A stretch of DNA of 64,000 nucleotides from a virus: UHGV virus genome UHGV-0072281; one strand, written 5' to 3'. Each line of letters opens with the position of its first letter. Within the stretch, counting starts at the first letter, position 1. Below are positions 26,855-35,957 of the stretch, in pieces. The notes under the pieces were generated by a model, which saw only the letters and a program-made list of their open reading frames with translations, searched no databases and was not told the origin of the DNA. The translations under genes and the position numbers were made by a program.

Positions 26855-28125
26855 AACTCGATCAGATAACCAGCCAGATTAACAAAGGTCAATCGGCTAT
26901 CGATAACTCGGTTAATACCGCGAAGAATGCGGTTAACCGAGTACAGTCTACGGTAGAGAACGCCGAACGTGGCATTCAGAATACCGTAGATAAAGTCAGC
27001 CAGCTTTCCGATCGTGCCGGTGAAACCTTTAACAAACTCATCAGCGGTGGAAGTGAACTGACCTCAAAAATCGGTAACCTATTCGGCGGTAGTGACATTG
27101 CCAGCGTGGGGGGTACCAAAACAGCAGGCAGCTCCACCTCCGGTGTTTCCCCAGGACAAAAAGTTCCTGGGTTTGCTTCTAACACTAAAGAGACACTACC
27201 TGTTCTCGATCCGCAGAAGCGTGATGTTTCAGAACCTTTCAAAAAGGTTAATGAGGAAGGGCTTAAAGCACTAGGGTATCTGTCACCCGGTGACTCAGGA
27301 AGTTTACTGGGCAAAGGTTGGGACAGCATTTCGTCGCTGAGTGATTCTCTTCTATCAGGAATTGGTACTGACTTCTCCTCCGTGAAGAAGCGTCTCGAAG
27401 GAACGCTGAATATCGCAGGTCAACTGGCTAAGCTTCCTTCAGAAATCAGTCATGAAGTCAACAACTTTATGTCTGAAGTCAACAGTATGCGTTACCAGAT
27501 AACCTCGGTTATTGATGACGTACAACACACGTTTGACAGCTATAAAGACCTTGACGATTTCTTAGCCATCGACAACTTGATTAACAGTTTCAAAGGCAGC
27601 GACAGTTTTTCAGCGTTAGACATTAACACGTCGTCTGCTTTGATCTACGGTCTGTCTACGAAACTTAACAGTTACGGATTGCCTGCAAAAATCGACCCGA
27701 TGATTCAGGCTATCAGTGACGATCAAGCAAAAGAGGCGCTTTACGGGGAGCTGATGATTCAAGCTGCTGCTACCGGTAACTTGGACTCAACAGAATATTA
27801 CCTGAACAAACTTCAGGAAGGTCAGGGCAAACAGATTGCGGAAACCGTGATTCAAAACATCATGGCTAACTTGCGTGTGGAAACCGGTACGAGTTTTAGT
27901 ACGTACGGTACACGAATGTTAGCGTTGTTTAAAGCACTGGATGCCAAATGGGATAAAACGAAAAACGTTACTCCTGAAACCACCGAACTGAAACTTTATA
28001 CTTACGCAGGCGCTAACGCGATACAAGCGCTGATGACCACCGAAAAACGTAACTACGTTTTAGCGGCAGGTAGTGTAAGTTATCAGTCTACCGATGAAAT
28101 CGTGGAAGGCTACTTTGCAATCTAA
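26851..28125 (+). CDS. hypothetical protein with N-terminal helical region and Gly/Ser-rich linker (possibly virion-associated)
   Basis: 424-aa ORF; composition only. Confidence 0.5.
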   Translation: MKLDQITSQINKGQSAIDNSVNTAKNAVNRVQSTVENAERGIQNTVDKVSQLSDRAGETFNKLISGGSELTSKIGNLFGGSDIASVGGTKTAGSSTSGVSPGQKVPGFASNTKETLPVLDPQKRDVSEPFKKVNEEGLKALGYLSPGDSGSLLGKGWDSISSLSDSLLSGIGTDFSSVKKRLEGTLNIAGQLAKLPSEISHEVNNFMSEVNSMRYQITSVIDDVQHTFDSYKDLDDFLAIDNLINSFKGSDSFSALDINTSSALIYGLSTKLNSYGLPAKIDPMIQAISDDQAKEALYGELMIQAAATGNLDSTEYYLNKLQEGQGKQIAETVIQNIMANLRVETGTSFSTYGTRMLALFKALDAKWDKTKNVTPETTELKLYTYAGANAIQALMTTEKRNYVLAAGSVSYQSTDEIVEGYFAI

Positions 28126-28135
28126 GAGGCCGGAT

Positions 28136-28957
28136 ATGTCCGAACCACAATTACTGCGCTCCGTATTAAAGAAAATCAAAAGTCAAAGTGAAGACATTCA
28201 ATCACTGGCTTTAACGCTCGGTTATGCACCGGGTGACTTACGTTCTAAATCCTACGTGAACGCGTCAAGCATTGTACTCACGCCTGATGAGCGCCTTGCT
28301 TATGTCCTATACCTGAGACGGTTAGGCTATGTTTGTGCTTTACCTGAACAACTCCCGTTTACCGATGGGGTGAACCACATCAACTTTTACTCCAACGGTC
28401 GTACTACCGTGGGTAAGATGATCAGTAACTTCTACGCGAAACCCGACGGGTCAAAATTTGACACGATACACGGTCAGTTCCTGACGTTAGAAGGTTACTA
28501 TCACTACTTGCGTATCGTTGACTACATGTTACACATGGGTTACTCGATTAAAACGATGGGACGTCTGGAGACTGAGTTTCCTGATATTCTTCGTTTACGT
28601 ACGTTAACAGGTACTGAGTGTATTCAGTTAGGTCGTCGATTAAAAGCGGCAATTTACGGGAAAACGGATTACCGTCCCGGTGAGTTTAGTAGCTACGCGA
28701 CTGGCGCATTTAAGAATGCACTGCTGCGTAAGTTGCACCAGTTGCAATACGACGGGTCTTGTTTAGGTAATACCCTGTCTTACTGCCATTCGATGAATCT
28801 TCCGTTCTTGCATTATTACGTCATGAACGGTCGGGTGATTACACCACCACATTCTGAATGGCTTCCTAATCTGGTGGTTTCTATTATTGAAAACATCGAC
28901 TATAACGACTCGACGTTCGATATTACGGACGTCAGTGAACGTATGGGATTAATCTAA
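28136..28957 (+). CDS. hypothetical protein
   Basis: start at internal ATG 28136 with RBS; track start 28094 overlaps upstream gene. Confidence 0.5.
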   Translation: MSEPQLLRSVLKKIKSQSEDIQSLALTLGYAPGDLRSKSYVNASSIVLTPDERLAYVLYLRRLGYVCALPEQLPFTDGVNHINFYSNGRTTVGKMISNFYAKPDGSKFDTIHGQFLTLEGYYHYLRIVDYMLHMGYSIKTMGRLETEFPDILRLRTLTGTECIQLGRRLKAAIYGKTDYRPGEFSSYATGAFKNALLRKLHQLQYDGSCLGNTLSYCHSMNLPFLHYYVMNGRVITPPHSEWLPNLVVSIIENIDYNDSTFDITDVSERMGLI

Positions 28958-29616
28958 TGGGATTGTTCGATACCCTAGCGCGGCTGGATAAAGCGCAGGA
29001 AGAAGAAATCATTCGTGTTGCTGGTGAGTCCATTAAACACGAAGTCGAAAAGGAATACTGCGTTTGGGTAAAACCTACGCAAGCGGGATGGGATTGGCTC
29101 CACGCACAAGAAGCCAAGATGTTCATGGACATTCTCATGCCGATAGAAGGTGGGCGTCGTCGTATCCGTATTAAAGAAGACGGTACGGCACAGCTAACGC
29201 TTAAACGTAAATTCCAGGACGGAAAGGTTGAAGAGAATTCGGATATCGGTATTAGTTCTGCACTCTCTTTTTACAAAGACGGTTATTTGGCACACCTGGT
29301 GAAACGTATTCACTTAGAGCCGGGTGAATTAGCCGATAAAGGGGCTAAGCATTGGGATATTGATATTTTCACTATCACCACCGGACACCCTGCAATTGAA
29401 GTTTCAGCTGACTTTAACGATCTTATCACCGAGATGCGTAGTAGTACCAGCGTTGGTGACTGGGTGAAAGTTGAACTGGAAGTCGAACGTTACGAGATTG
29501 CAGATGTTCTGTCTGTGATTCCGTTTGAGTTTGACGGCCATATTCCGGCTACGCCGAAAGATCCTGAAGACCAAGAATATCTTCGTGATTACTGGGATTC
29601 AGTTACCCGTATGTAA
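28957..29616 (+). CDS. hypothetical protein
   Basis: 219-aa ORF. Confidence 0.5.
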   Translation: MGLFDTLARLDKAQEEEIIRVAGESIKHEVEKEYCVWVKPTQAGWDWLHAQEAKMFMDILMPIEGGRRRIRIKEDGTAQLTLKRKFQDGKVEENSDIGISSALSFYKDGYLAHLVKRIHLEPGELADKGAKHWDIDIFTITTGHPAIEVSADFNDLITEMRSSTSVGDWVKVELEVERYEIADVLSVIPFEFDGHIPATPKDPEDQEYLRDYWDSVTRM

Positions 29617-29619
29617 CAC

Positions 29620-29660
29620 CTACCCTACTCCTAGACAGGAGTAGGGTATTTTCATTTTTT
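29620..29660 (+). terminator. terminator hairpin taccctactcc tagaca ggagtagggta + T-run
   Basis: third copy of the ccctactcc/ggagtaggg stem family. Confidence 0.6.
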
Positions 29661-29680
29661 ACCCTAAAGGAGAATTTACC

Positions 29681-30034
29681 ATGCAAGCTCAGTTTTTTAA
29701 TACCCCCAACGGGTTCGGTTTTAGATTCCCTGAATTTGTTATTGAAGTACCACTCACACGTGGTGTGCTATTAAAACTACGCACCGTACTGGCCAACTTC
29801 TCAGGAAAGACTGTGGAAATTCGTGTGTGGGAAGGTTCGGAAAATCCTGACGGTGTTATGTTTGTCGATTACAATTGGATTAAAAGAACTGGTTTTCCGC
29901 TTGTACGAATTGTTGAGGCTGTTCATGGTTTACCCTTCCACAGTCTGCTGGGAAATATAACATTACCTGAAACCGGCAATTATTCTTCCCCTGCTGATGA
30001 TGAATACCAAATTCATCTTGTTTTGTTGAAATAA
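29681..30034 (+). CDS. hypothetical protein
   Basis: 117-aa ORF after CCTAAAGGAG leader. Confidence 0.5.
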   Translation: MQAQFFNTPNGFGFRFPEFVIEVPLTRGVLLKLRTVLANFSGKTVEIRVWEGSENPDGVMFVDYNWIKRTGFPLVRIVEAVHGLPFHSLLGNITLPETGNYSSPADDEYQIHLVLLK

Positions 30035-30094
30035 TTTTTACAGTTGGGAACAAACTTATGTCTCCCAAGGCTACGTTTAAGCGGAGAAACAATT

Positions 30095-30637
30095 ATGCGT
30101 GGATATATTCTCGATCTTGCAATTTCTGTAGAAGAACTTGTGGAAAAACTCGGCGGTACTGGTCGCGGACTTCATGAGAAGACCAAAAGCATAGCCTATC
30201 TTCTCGAACCAAAATACGAACGGAAACTCCACATGATTGCCTCCGTTCGCAACAAATCCAACCACAGGAGAATTCTCCCCGATCGCATAGACGTCTATGA
30301 ACAGGCTGTGGAAGAAACGAGGCTCTATTTAGAAGATCTGATCAGAAAAATTGAAGAACGGAAACGTCGATATGAAACGGAAATAAATTCGGCGGAAATA
30401 AATACTCGCTATCTAACACGTGAAGAGGCGTGGAGAAAACTAGCAGACGAGATCGAACGTCATGATAAGGATGTGGCGCGTATGGGGGAGTATGCCAGGA
30501 CAACGGGTATAGACCCGGCTACTGCGAAAGAGAAGAAATGGTCTGATTTGACTGTAGTAGAAAAGATAGGTTGGGGTGCCGGTATTGCAATCATGGGAGC
30601 TGCGGTTGCGTACCTTAAAATAAAGTCTCGTGACTAA
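30095..30637 (+). CDS. coiled-coil protein with C-terminal TM anchor
   Basis: charged helical N-terminal part; C-terminal IGWGAGIAIMGAAVAYLKI; start at internal ATG with GGAG RBS. Confidence 0.45.
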   Translation: MRGYILDLAISVEELVEKLGGTGRGLHEKTKSIAYLLEPKYERKLHMIASVRNKSNHRRILPDRIDVYEQAVEETRLYLEDLIRKIEERKRRYETEINSAEINTRYLTREEAWRKLADEIERHDKDVARMGEYARTTGIDPATAKEKKWSDLTVVEKIGWGAGIAIMGAAVAYLKIKSRD

Positions 30638-30651
30638 ATCGGGTATCGGAA

Positions 30652-31197
30652 ATGAAACAAAAACAGTTAACTGATCACGTTAATGCGTTTAAACACTTTC
30701 TGGATAACGCGGGTATAAAACCTGGCGAACAGGCAGACGCATGGACTGCACGTCTATACGGAAGTATCGGCAAAGTCTGTGAATCCACGACAACACACGA
30801 CGGATTGTTTGTTGCTAAAGCAGTAGGCATTGCCTTGTGGGATATTGCCGCTTTAGTTTACGTGATGAATAACGGGGATTTACGCCCCCTTGAAAAATCG
30901 TTACACCGACTACTGGCCATTAAGAAATGGAAAAATGAACATCCTGAGTCAATCGCGGTTACGTTGATACCAGAAGCGGTACTTGCTATCAAAGCGGTAC
31001 GCAGTTGTACCGCCCGTGCACAAATGGAGCGTCGATTACATCTCACGACGCTCTTTTATCAATTGGCCAGAATTGTAAAAATGAACGGCCTAATCTTCGA
31101 CCGGGTTCTACAGAACGGACGTATAAGTTGGACAGAAGAACTAAGTAGTTCTCCGTTCTATACAAAACTAAAACTTAAAGACATTTTGAAGGGTTAA
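30652..31197 (+). CDS. hypothetical protein
   Basis: 181-aa ORF. Confidence 0.5.
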   Translation: MKQKQLTDHVNAFKHFLDNAGIKPGEQADAWTARLYGSIGKVCESTTTHDGLFVAKAVGIALWDIAALVYVMNNGDLRPLEKSLHRLLAIKKWKNEHPESIAVTLIPEAVLAIKAVRSCTARAQMERRLHLTTLFYQLARIVKMNGLIFDRVLQNGRISWTEELSSSPFYTKLKLKDILKG

Positions 31198-31198
31198 C

Positions 31199-31507
31199 AT
31201 GGAAAACTATTCAGGTTGGGCAATTTCGCAGTGCATTGGCTATTCTTTACGTTCTTTAGTGCGTACACTTTATAACAAAAACTCGGGCGAAGCTATTACA
31301 CCGCAGTTATTGGGCAAATTGGAAGTCGAAGTTAACTATAAACTAAAACAGTTACTCGATAATCACGTAAGAACAATGCGTTGGGAGTTCTTGCTACGTG
31401 GTAAGAAGCCTTCAATTACCGTTGTAGCAGAAGGCAGTGAAATCGTTCTCCAATCCAACGCAGACCTGTTTGAAATTTTAACTGAACTCGAAAAGGACAA
31501 AATCTAA
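31199..31507 (+). CDS. hypothetical protein
   Basis: 102-aa ORF. Confidence 0.45.
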   Translation: MENYSGWAISQCIGYSLRSLVRTLYNKNSGEAITPQLLGKLEVEVNYKLKQLLDNHVRTMRWEFLLRGKKPSITVVAEGSEIVLQSNADLFEILTELEKDKI

Positions 31508-31827
31508 TGACTGTGAACGACAATATAAAGAAAAAGATTGACGAGATTATAAGCGTCAGTTTAGATAGAATCGAGTTAATTCCCGAGACTAAGGAAATCA
31601 AATACTACGTTCCCGCAGACGAACTATTTCCAGGTCTTCTTAGAATCTCACCAAAAAAGGTTGAAGAGGCTAAACGCCAATTCGAAGTTCGTGGCCTTAA
31701 GGTTGACATTGTTAACAAAAAACATTTTCATGTAACGTATAGCCAGGAAAACATTATTTTTAGTCCTGAGCAAGCGCAACGTAATTTAGATATTTTAACG
31801 AAACGAATGGGGAATAATAACAAATGA
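31507..31827 (+). CDS. hypothetical protein
   Basis: 106-aa ORF. Confidence 0.45.
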   Translation: MTVNDNIKKKIDEIISVSLDRIELIPETKEIKYYVPADELFPGLLRISPKKVEEAKRQFEVRGLKVDIVNKKHFHVTYSQENIIFSPEQAQRNLDILTKRMGNNNK

Positions 31828-32864
31828 AACAGTATTTAGCGTTAATGCAAGACATTCTGGATAACGGCGTTGTCAAAAAAGACCGTACAGGTGTAGGGAC
31901 ACTTTCTGTATTTGGTCGCCAACTACGTTTTGACCTGAAAGAAGGTTTCCCATTAGTTACTACGAAAAAGGTTCACCTGAAAAGTATCATTCATGAACTG
32001 TTGTGGTTCTTAAACGGTGACACTAACGTGAAGTACCTGCAAGAGAATGGGGTAAGAATCTGGAACGAGTGGGCGAATGAAGAAGGGGAATTAGGCCCTG
32101 TCTACGGGCAGCAGTGGCGGGAATGGATGGATACCAAACTGGTTTATCTTTGGGACGAGCGTAGCAAAGACGTATTGAGAGAACGAGGATATCGCTACAT
32201 TGGGACTATCGCAAAGGACGATCCTGAAGAAAGTATCGTTATTTATCGCAAATCTCACGACCAGATCAGTAAAGTTATTCAACAACTTCGTGAAGACCCA
32301 GATTCACGACGCATTATTGTTAGTGCCTGGAACGTAGGTGATCTGGACGATATGGCACTTAACCCATGCCATAATTACTTCCAATTCTACACAACAGAAA
32401 TGACGTTGCTTGAACGACTGGATTGGTACGAAGTAAACGAACCGGAAAAATTTGCGAACGCACCACTTATTACTCACGAAGATATCGATAGCGAAGAACG
32501 ACTTCACGAAATTTTAGATCGTGAGGGCATTCCACGCCGTAAGCTTTCATGTTTTTACATGATGCGGAGCAACGATTACCTACTCGGCGCACCGTTTAAC
32601 GTCGCTTCTTACGCGTTGTTAACCCACATGATTGCTCAACAACTCAATATGGTTCCAGACGAGTTGGTTTATAGTGGCGTAGATGTTCATCTTTACTCTA
32701 ACCATCTGGAGCAGGCAAAACTTCAACTTACACGCGAACCTTACCCGCTACCTAAACTGGTTATCAAACGTAAACCTGATTCTATCTTCGATTACAAATA
32801 CGAAGACTTCGAATTGGTTGGGTATCAATCACACGACACAATTAAAGCTCCCATAGCTGTCTAA
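31824..32864 (+). CDS. thyA: thymidylate synthase (ThyA-type) with two internal insertions
   Basis: near-identical blocks to E. coli ThyA as recalled: [56 protein letters not shown] (catalytic Cys), [29 protein letters not shown]; 346 aa vs about 264. Confidence 0.9.
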   Translation: MKQYLALMQDILDNGVVKKDRTGVGTLSVFGRQLRFDLKEGFPLVTTKKVHLKSIIHELLWFLNGDTNVKYLQENGVRIWNEWANEEGELGPVYGQQWREWMDTKLVYLWDERSKDVLRERGYRYIGTIAKDDPEESIVIYRKSHDQISKVIQQLREDPDSRRIIVSAWNVGDLDDMALNPCHNYFQFYTTEMTLLERLDWYEVNEPEKFANAPLITHEDIDSEERLHEILDREGIPRRKLSCFYMMRSNDYLLGAPFNVASYALLTHMIAQQLNMVPDELVYSGVDVHLYSNHLEQAKLQLTREPYPLPKLVIKRKPDSIFDYKYEDFELVGYQSHDTIKAPIAV

Positions 32865-32871
32865 GGGGTAC

Positions 32872-33168
32872 ATGATGATTAATGAGAAAACGCACGCAGA
32901 GTTAACTTCTTTCGGTATTAGTCGATTAGCTGAACTAAAAACTATCACCGAACGTGCCGGAATAGCATTGCAGGCCAAAGGTAAGTTTGATCAAGCTGAT
33001 ATCGAAATCTTAGAGAAGATTTCGGCAACGTTAAAAGACTTACGTGTATTGAATATTCTTGTTGGTAAATTGGGTGGTCTAAGTAACAAGAAATTGGCCG
33101 AAATACACGGGGTGACGCCAAGCCGAATATCTCAAATCATCAGCAAGGCCAAACGAGATTTTCAATAA
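32872..33168 (+). CDS. small sigma-70 region-4-like / GerE-type HTH protein
   Basis: C-terminal LRVLNILVGKLGGLSNKKLAEIHGVTPSRISQIISKAKRDF resembles sigma70 region 4.2 (L..RE..VL..RFG...TLEEVG..FGVTRERIRQIE.KALRKL). Confidence 0.45.
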   Translation: MMINEKTHAELTSFGISRLAELKTITERAGIALQAKGKFDQADIEILEKISATLKDLRVLNILVGKLGGLSNKKLAEIHGVTPSRISQIISKAKRDFQ

Positions 33169-33202
33169 AGTTATTTCGCTTGTAATTAAAAGGAACAATG
33201 AA

Positions 33203-33649
33203 ATGTCTAAAACTCATGTTAACTATAACATCGTAGTAGAAGAATTATCAAAAGGTTTAACTGATCTGGATTCTAAAGATAATCCATTTACCGATCGTTA
33301 TGGACCTAAAGCTTTATCTGAATTCCGTACTATTCGATATGGTACAGGTAGACAGACGGGGCTTACAGACTTCGGTGTCGAGTTAGCTAAGAACCATAAA
33401 GGGAAGGTATTATTCGTTAATCCAAAAGGGTTCTTAGAGGACGATGTGTTATTCCGTTTGGGTCTCGAAGACTTACCGGAGAATATCACGCAAATCATTG
33501 GCTATCAAATGGGTACAGAAAAAGAAAAATACAGCCTTGTTATTGTAGACAACGCTGGGGTTTTCTTTAATATTTTCCGTTACATGAAATTCTTCCGCTT
33601 ACTAGCAAACTCAGTAACTAAAGACGTCGTAATACATTTAATGGGTTAA
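33203..33649 (+). CDS. hypothetical protein
   Basis: 148-aa ORF. Confidence 0.5.
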   Translation: MSKTHVNYNIVVEELSKGLTDLDSKDNPFTDRYGPKALSEFRTIRYGTGRQTGLTDFGVELAKNHKGKVLFVNPKGFLEDDVLFRLGLEDLPENITQIIGYQMGTEKEKYSLVIVDNAGVFFNIFRYMKFFRLLANSVTKDVVIHLMG

Positions 33650-33666
33650 TCGATGAGGTTGGTTGT

Positions 33667-33837
33667 ATGGAAGAATTAGAGACAGTTTCCTGTTACATTC
33701 CTAGAAGACGCGTTATAAAAGAATGTTACATCGATAAAATTTTAATCTCTCGTATCAAGAAAGGTCCACGAAAACATCGAACCAAGAAAGTGTTTATTTA
33801 TAAACACTTCGAAAAGGTTCTAATCCGACCTTACTGA
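33667..33837 (+). CDS. tiny basic protein with KKGPRKHR motif (paralog 1 of 3)
   Basis: hand-translated MEELETVSCYIPRRRVIKECYIDKILISRIKKGPRKHRTKKVFIYKHFEKVLIRPY; GAGG RBS. Confidence 0.35.
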   Translation: MEELETVSCYIPRRRVIKECYIDKILISRIKKGPRKHRTKKVFIYKHFEKVLIRPY

Positions 33838-33865
33838 TTAAATTAACTCATGGAGTAAATTTGTT

Positions 33866-34063
33866 ATGCTGAACGATGTTCTTAGTTTCTCGATAATGTA
33901 TTTCGAACCGAAGAAATTCCGTACCATTGTTACACGTTGTCGGAAAGGGCCGCGTAAAGGACGTAAACGTTTCCAAGTAATTCAACTTTCTTATTCTGCG
34001 CTCCTTGAAGCTAACCCATTCGAGATGAAACCTAATGAAGAAACCGGATTTACTCAACATTGA
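33866..34063 (+). CDS. small basic protein with RKGPRKGRKR motif (paralog 2 of 3)
   Basis: IVTRCRKGPRKGRKRFQV aligns with ILISRIKKGPRKHRTKKVF of the preceding ORF. Confidence 0.4.
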   Translation: MLNDVLSFSIMYFEPKKFRTIVTRCRKGPRKGRKRFQVIQLSYSALLEANPFEMKPNEETGFTQH

Positions 34064-34274
34064 TTACGTGATCGGCGGTATAATCCTCGTCGGATATGCC
34101 CGCAAACGTAAAGGGCCCGGCAGCAACAAATTCTTCGGTAAACGTGTTGTAAAATCAATGGCATGTCTCAGACCGCAGAAATATTGGCCCCTAATGTACT
34201 TCAATAGTATGCACGATGCGGCCGACAAACGTATGGCTCTGTGTATAAGAAAATTAGAGGGTAAAAATGACTGA
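34035..34274 (+). CDS. small basic protein with RKRKGPGS motif (paralog 3 of 3)
   Basis: ILVGYARKRKGPGSNKFFGKRVV shares the [KR]KGP[RG] core. Confidence 0.4.
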   Translation: MKKPDLLNIDYVIGGIILVGYARKRKGPGSNKFFGKRVVKSMACLRPQKYWPLMYFNSMHDAADKRMALCIRKLEGKND

Positions 34275-34410
34275 AGAAGTTAAAGTAGAAACCATTAAAG
34301 AATCTGACGAATTTGCAATCCCTGGCTTAGACCCGGAAACAACCGTAGAGAAGGGTGCTGACCCAACTACGGAAGACGATAACTGCTCAGGCGGGGCTTG
34401 CAAAATTTAA
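34267..34410 (+). CDS. tiny acidic peptide (47 aa) ending CSGGACKI
   Basis: hand-translated; GAGGG RBS 6 nt upstream; followed by terminator. Confidence 0.3.
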   Translation: MTEEVKVETIKESDEFAIPGLDPETTVEKGADPTTEDDNCSGGACKI

Positions 34411-34418
34411 CAGTTCAT

Positions 34419-34458
34419 GGGGTGCTTATGTAGCACCCCTAATCCTTATTCTTTTTGT
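34419..34458 (+). terminator. rho-independent terminator (ggggtgct tatgt agcacccc + T-rich)
   Basis: 8-bp stem. Confidence 0.5.
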
Positions 34459-34478
34459 TAATCTAATGGAGTTTTAAA

Positions 34479-35309
34479 ATGGGCGAACGTTTTGACATCA
34501 ACACTATTTACAACATCGTGGTTAATCCTGGTCAACACCTGGAAGAAGTTAACGCACAACTGCGTGCTCTGAATGAAAAAGCAATGCAGTTCGATGCTAT
34601 TTACACAATTGGTGTAAATCCTGGCACCAACCGTGTTCGTGTAGAAGGTAAACGCCACACCGGTAATCAAGAACTGGATATCGAAACGATCGAAGCACCG
34701 ATTAAACTTACAGGTGCCGAATATAACGGTACAGTAATGCACACCGTATCGGTTCCGGTCTACTCTATCGAGAACTGTGTAGAACGTGTTAAAGGTTGGT
34801 CTAAAGAACGTGGTATTCTCGACAACGGTAAACTGGAAACACAAATCACAAAGTTCTTTGAAGAGTTTGGTGAAATCGCAACAGGTATCAGCAAAAACAA
34901 ACCTGAACTGATCATGGACGGTATCGGCGATGCGTTAGTGGTTCTGGTGAACATTCTGGAACTGGGTAAAGAATACCATGACGAATACTTAACAACGGCC
35001 GATATTATTAGTAGCGGTTTAACTATGCAACTTCGTGATGTTGCAAATGTTGAAGCTTGTGCAAACGATCATAAATTCCCACATCGAAAATACCTGGAAG
35101 CAACTAAATCTTTTTCCACGTCTTTCTTAAATACTAACAAAGACGATAACCTGTTCGATCATGGTTTGTATTGCCTTGCTTGTCTCGCGCTGTATTACAA
35201 ACTGGACATTCGCCATTGTTTCTCTTTAGCCTGGCATGAAATCAAAGACCGTAAAGGTTACCTGAACGCCGACGGCATCTTTGTAAAAGATGCAGACTTG
35301 GCGAAATAA
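34479..35309 (+). CDS. MazG-like nucleotide pyrophosphohydrolase domain (C-terminal) with N-terminal extension
   Basis: FFEEFGEIATGI...DGIGDALVVLVNILE...WHEIKDRKG fits the all-alpha NTP-PPase EExxE...D..GD...L...K.R pattern. Confidence 0.5.
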   Translation: MGERFDINTIYNIVVNPGQHLEEVNAQLRALNEKAMQFDAIYTIGVNPGTNRVRVEGKRHTGNQELDIETIEAPIKLTGAEYNGTVMHTVSVPVYSIENCVERVKGWSKERGILDNGKLETQITKFFEEFGEIATGISKNKPELIMDGIGDALVVLVNILELGKEYHDEYLTTADIISSGLTMQLRDVANVEACANDHKFPHRKYLEATKSFSTSFLNTNKDDNLFDHGLYCLACLALYYKLDIRHCFSLAWHEIKDRKGYLNADGIFVKDADLAK

Positions 35310-35317
35310 ATAAAAGT

Positions 35318-35370
35318 ACCTACCTCCTTTCGGAGGTAGGTTAACTTTCTTATTTTTTTTTCTTTTTTTT
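35318..35370. terminator. bidirectional terminator (acctacctcc tttcg ggaggtaggt + long T-run), repeat copy 1
   Basis: near-identical element at 59033-59074; sits between convergent gene ends. Confidence 0.65.
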
Positions 35371-35932
35371 AAGCGCCAGGAACAATTCCAGAAGAGATAT
35401 ACGTCAAACCGTCAAGTTCGGTGACTTTAATCAACTTCGAAATGTCCTTACCGTCAGACGGCAGCTCTGTTAAGTACACCTCCAGCCGACCTGTCCACGC
35501 CAAAGATCTCCCATTCATGATAATGATAGTTTTATCTTTGCTGTCTGGTGCAGCTGTTGGGTTCTCAACTTCGTCGTCGGTAATCTGTAAATTGTACTTA
35601 TTGCGGAAAAGTTGTAGTACCTCAGATACCGTAGTCGCATTAACACCCGCAACAGAAACTACAAAGTCACCTAAGAGGTGCTCTAAATCCAATCGACGAT
35701 AAATAACGTCGATTTTACCAAATGTTTTCTGCTCGATGATACCCTGGACGCTAAGTTGAGTATTTAATCGTGTAAATTGAGTTTCTGGTGTTTCTACCGC
35801 AGGAATATGTGACGGCGTGCCAAAATCCAACTTATCGATTGTAATACCTTTATCTACCAAACCTGGATTCTTTTTTACTAATAACTCATAAACCAGTTGT
35901 TTTCCTGATTTACCTAATAGCGTATTAGCCAT
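35369..35932 (-). CDS. hypothetical protein (virion-module gene)
   Basis: 187-aa ORF in minus-strand block. Confidence 0.5.
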   Translation of the reverse strand: MANTLLGKSGKQLVYELLVKKNPGLVDKGITIDKLDFGTPSHIPAVETPETQFTRLNTQLSVQGIIEQKTFGKIDVIYRRLDLEHLLGDFVVSVAGVNATTVSEVLQLFRNKYNLQITDDEVENPTAAPDSKDKTIIIMNGRSLAWTGRLEVYLTELPSDGKDISKLIKVTELDGLTYISSGIVPGA

Positions 35933-35957
35933 TGCCTTCCCTCAGACTTTAATAACG

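Noticed and set aside
31824-32864. Self-splicing intron or homing endonuclease in thyA (as in T4 td)
   Set aside because: The extra sequence is in frame and translates into hydrophilic protein segments with no stop codons or GIY-YIG/HNH motifs, so it is a protein insertion rather than an intron.
33848-34060. 70-aa minus-strand ORF in the small-protein region
   Set aside because: It overlaps the + strand KGP-motif paralogs, whose motif conservation and RBSs favour the + strand reading.
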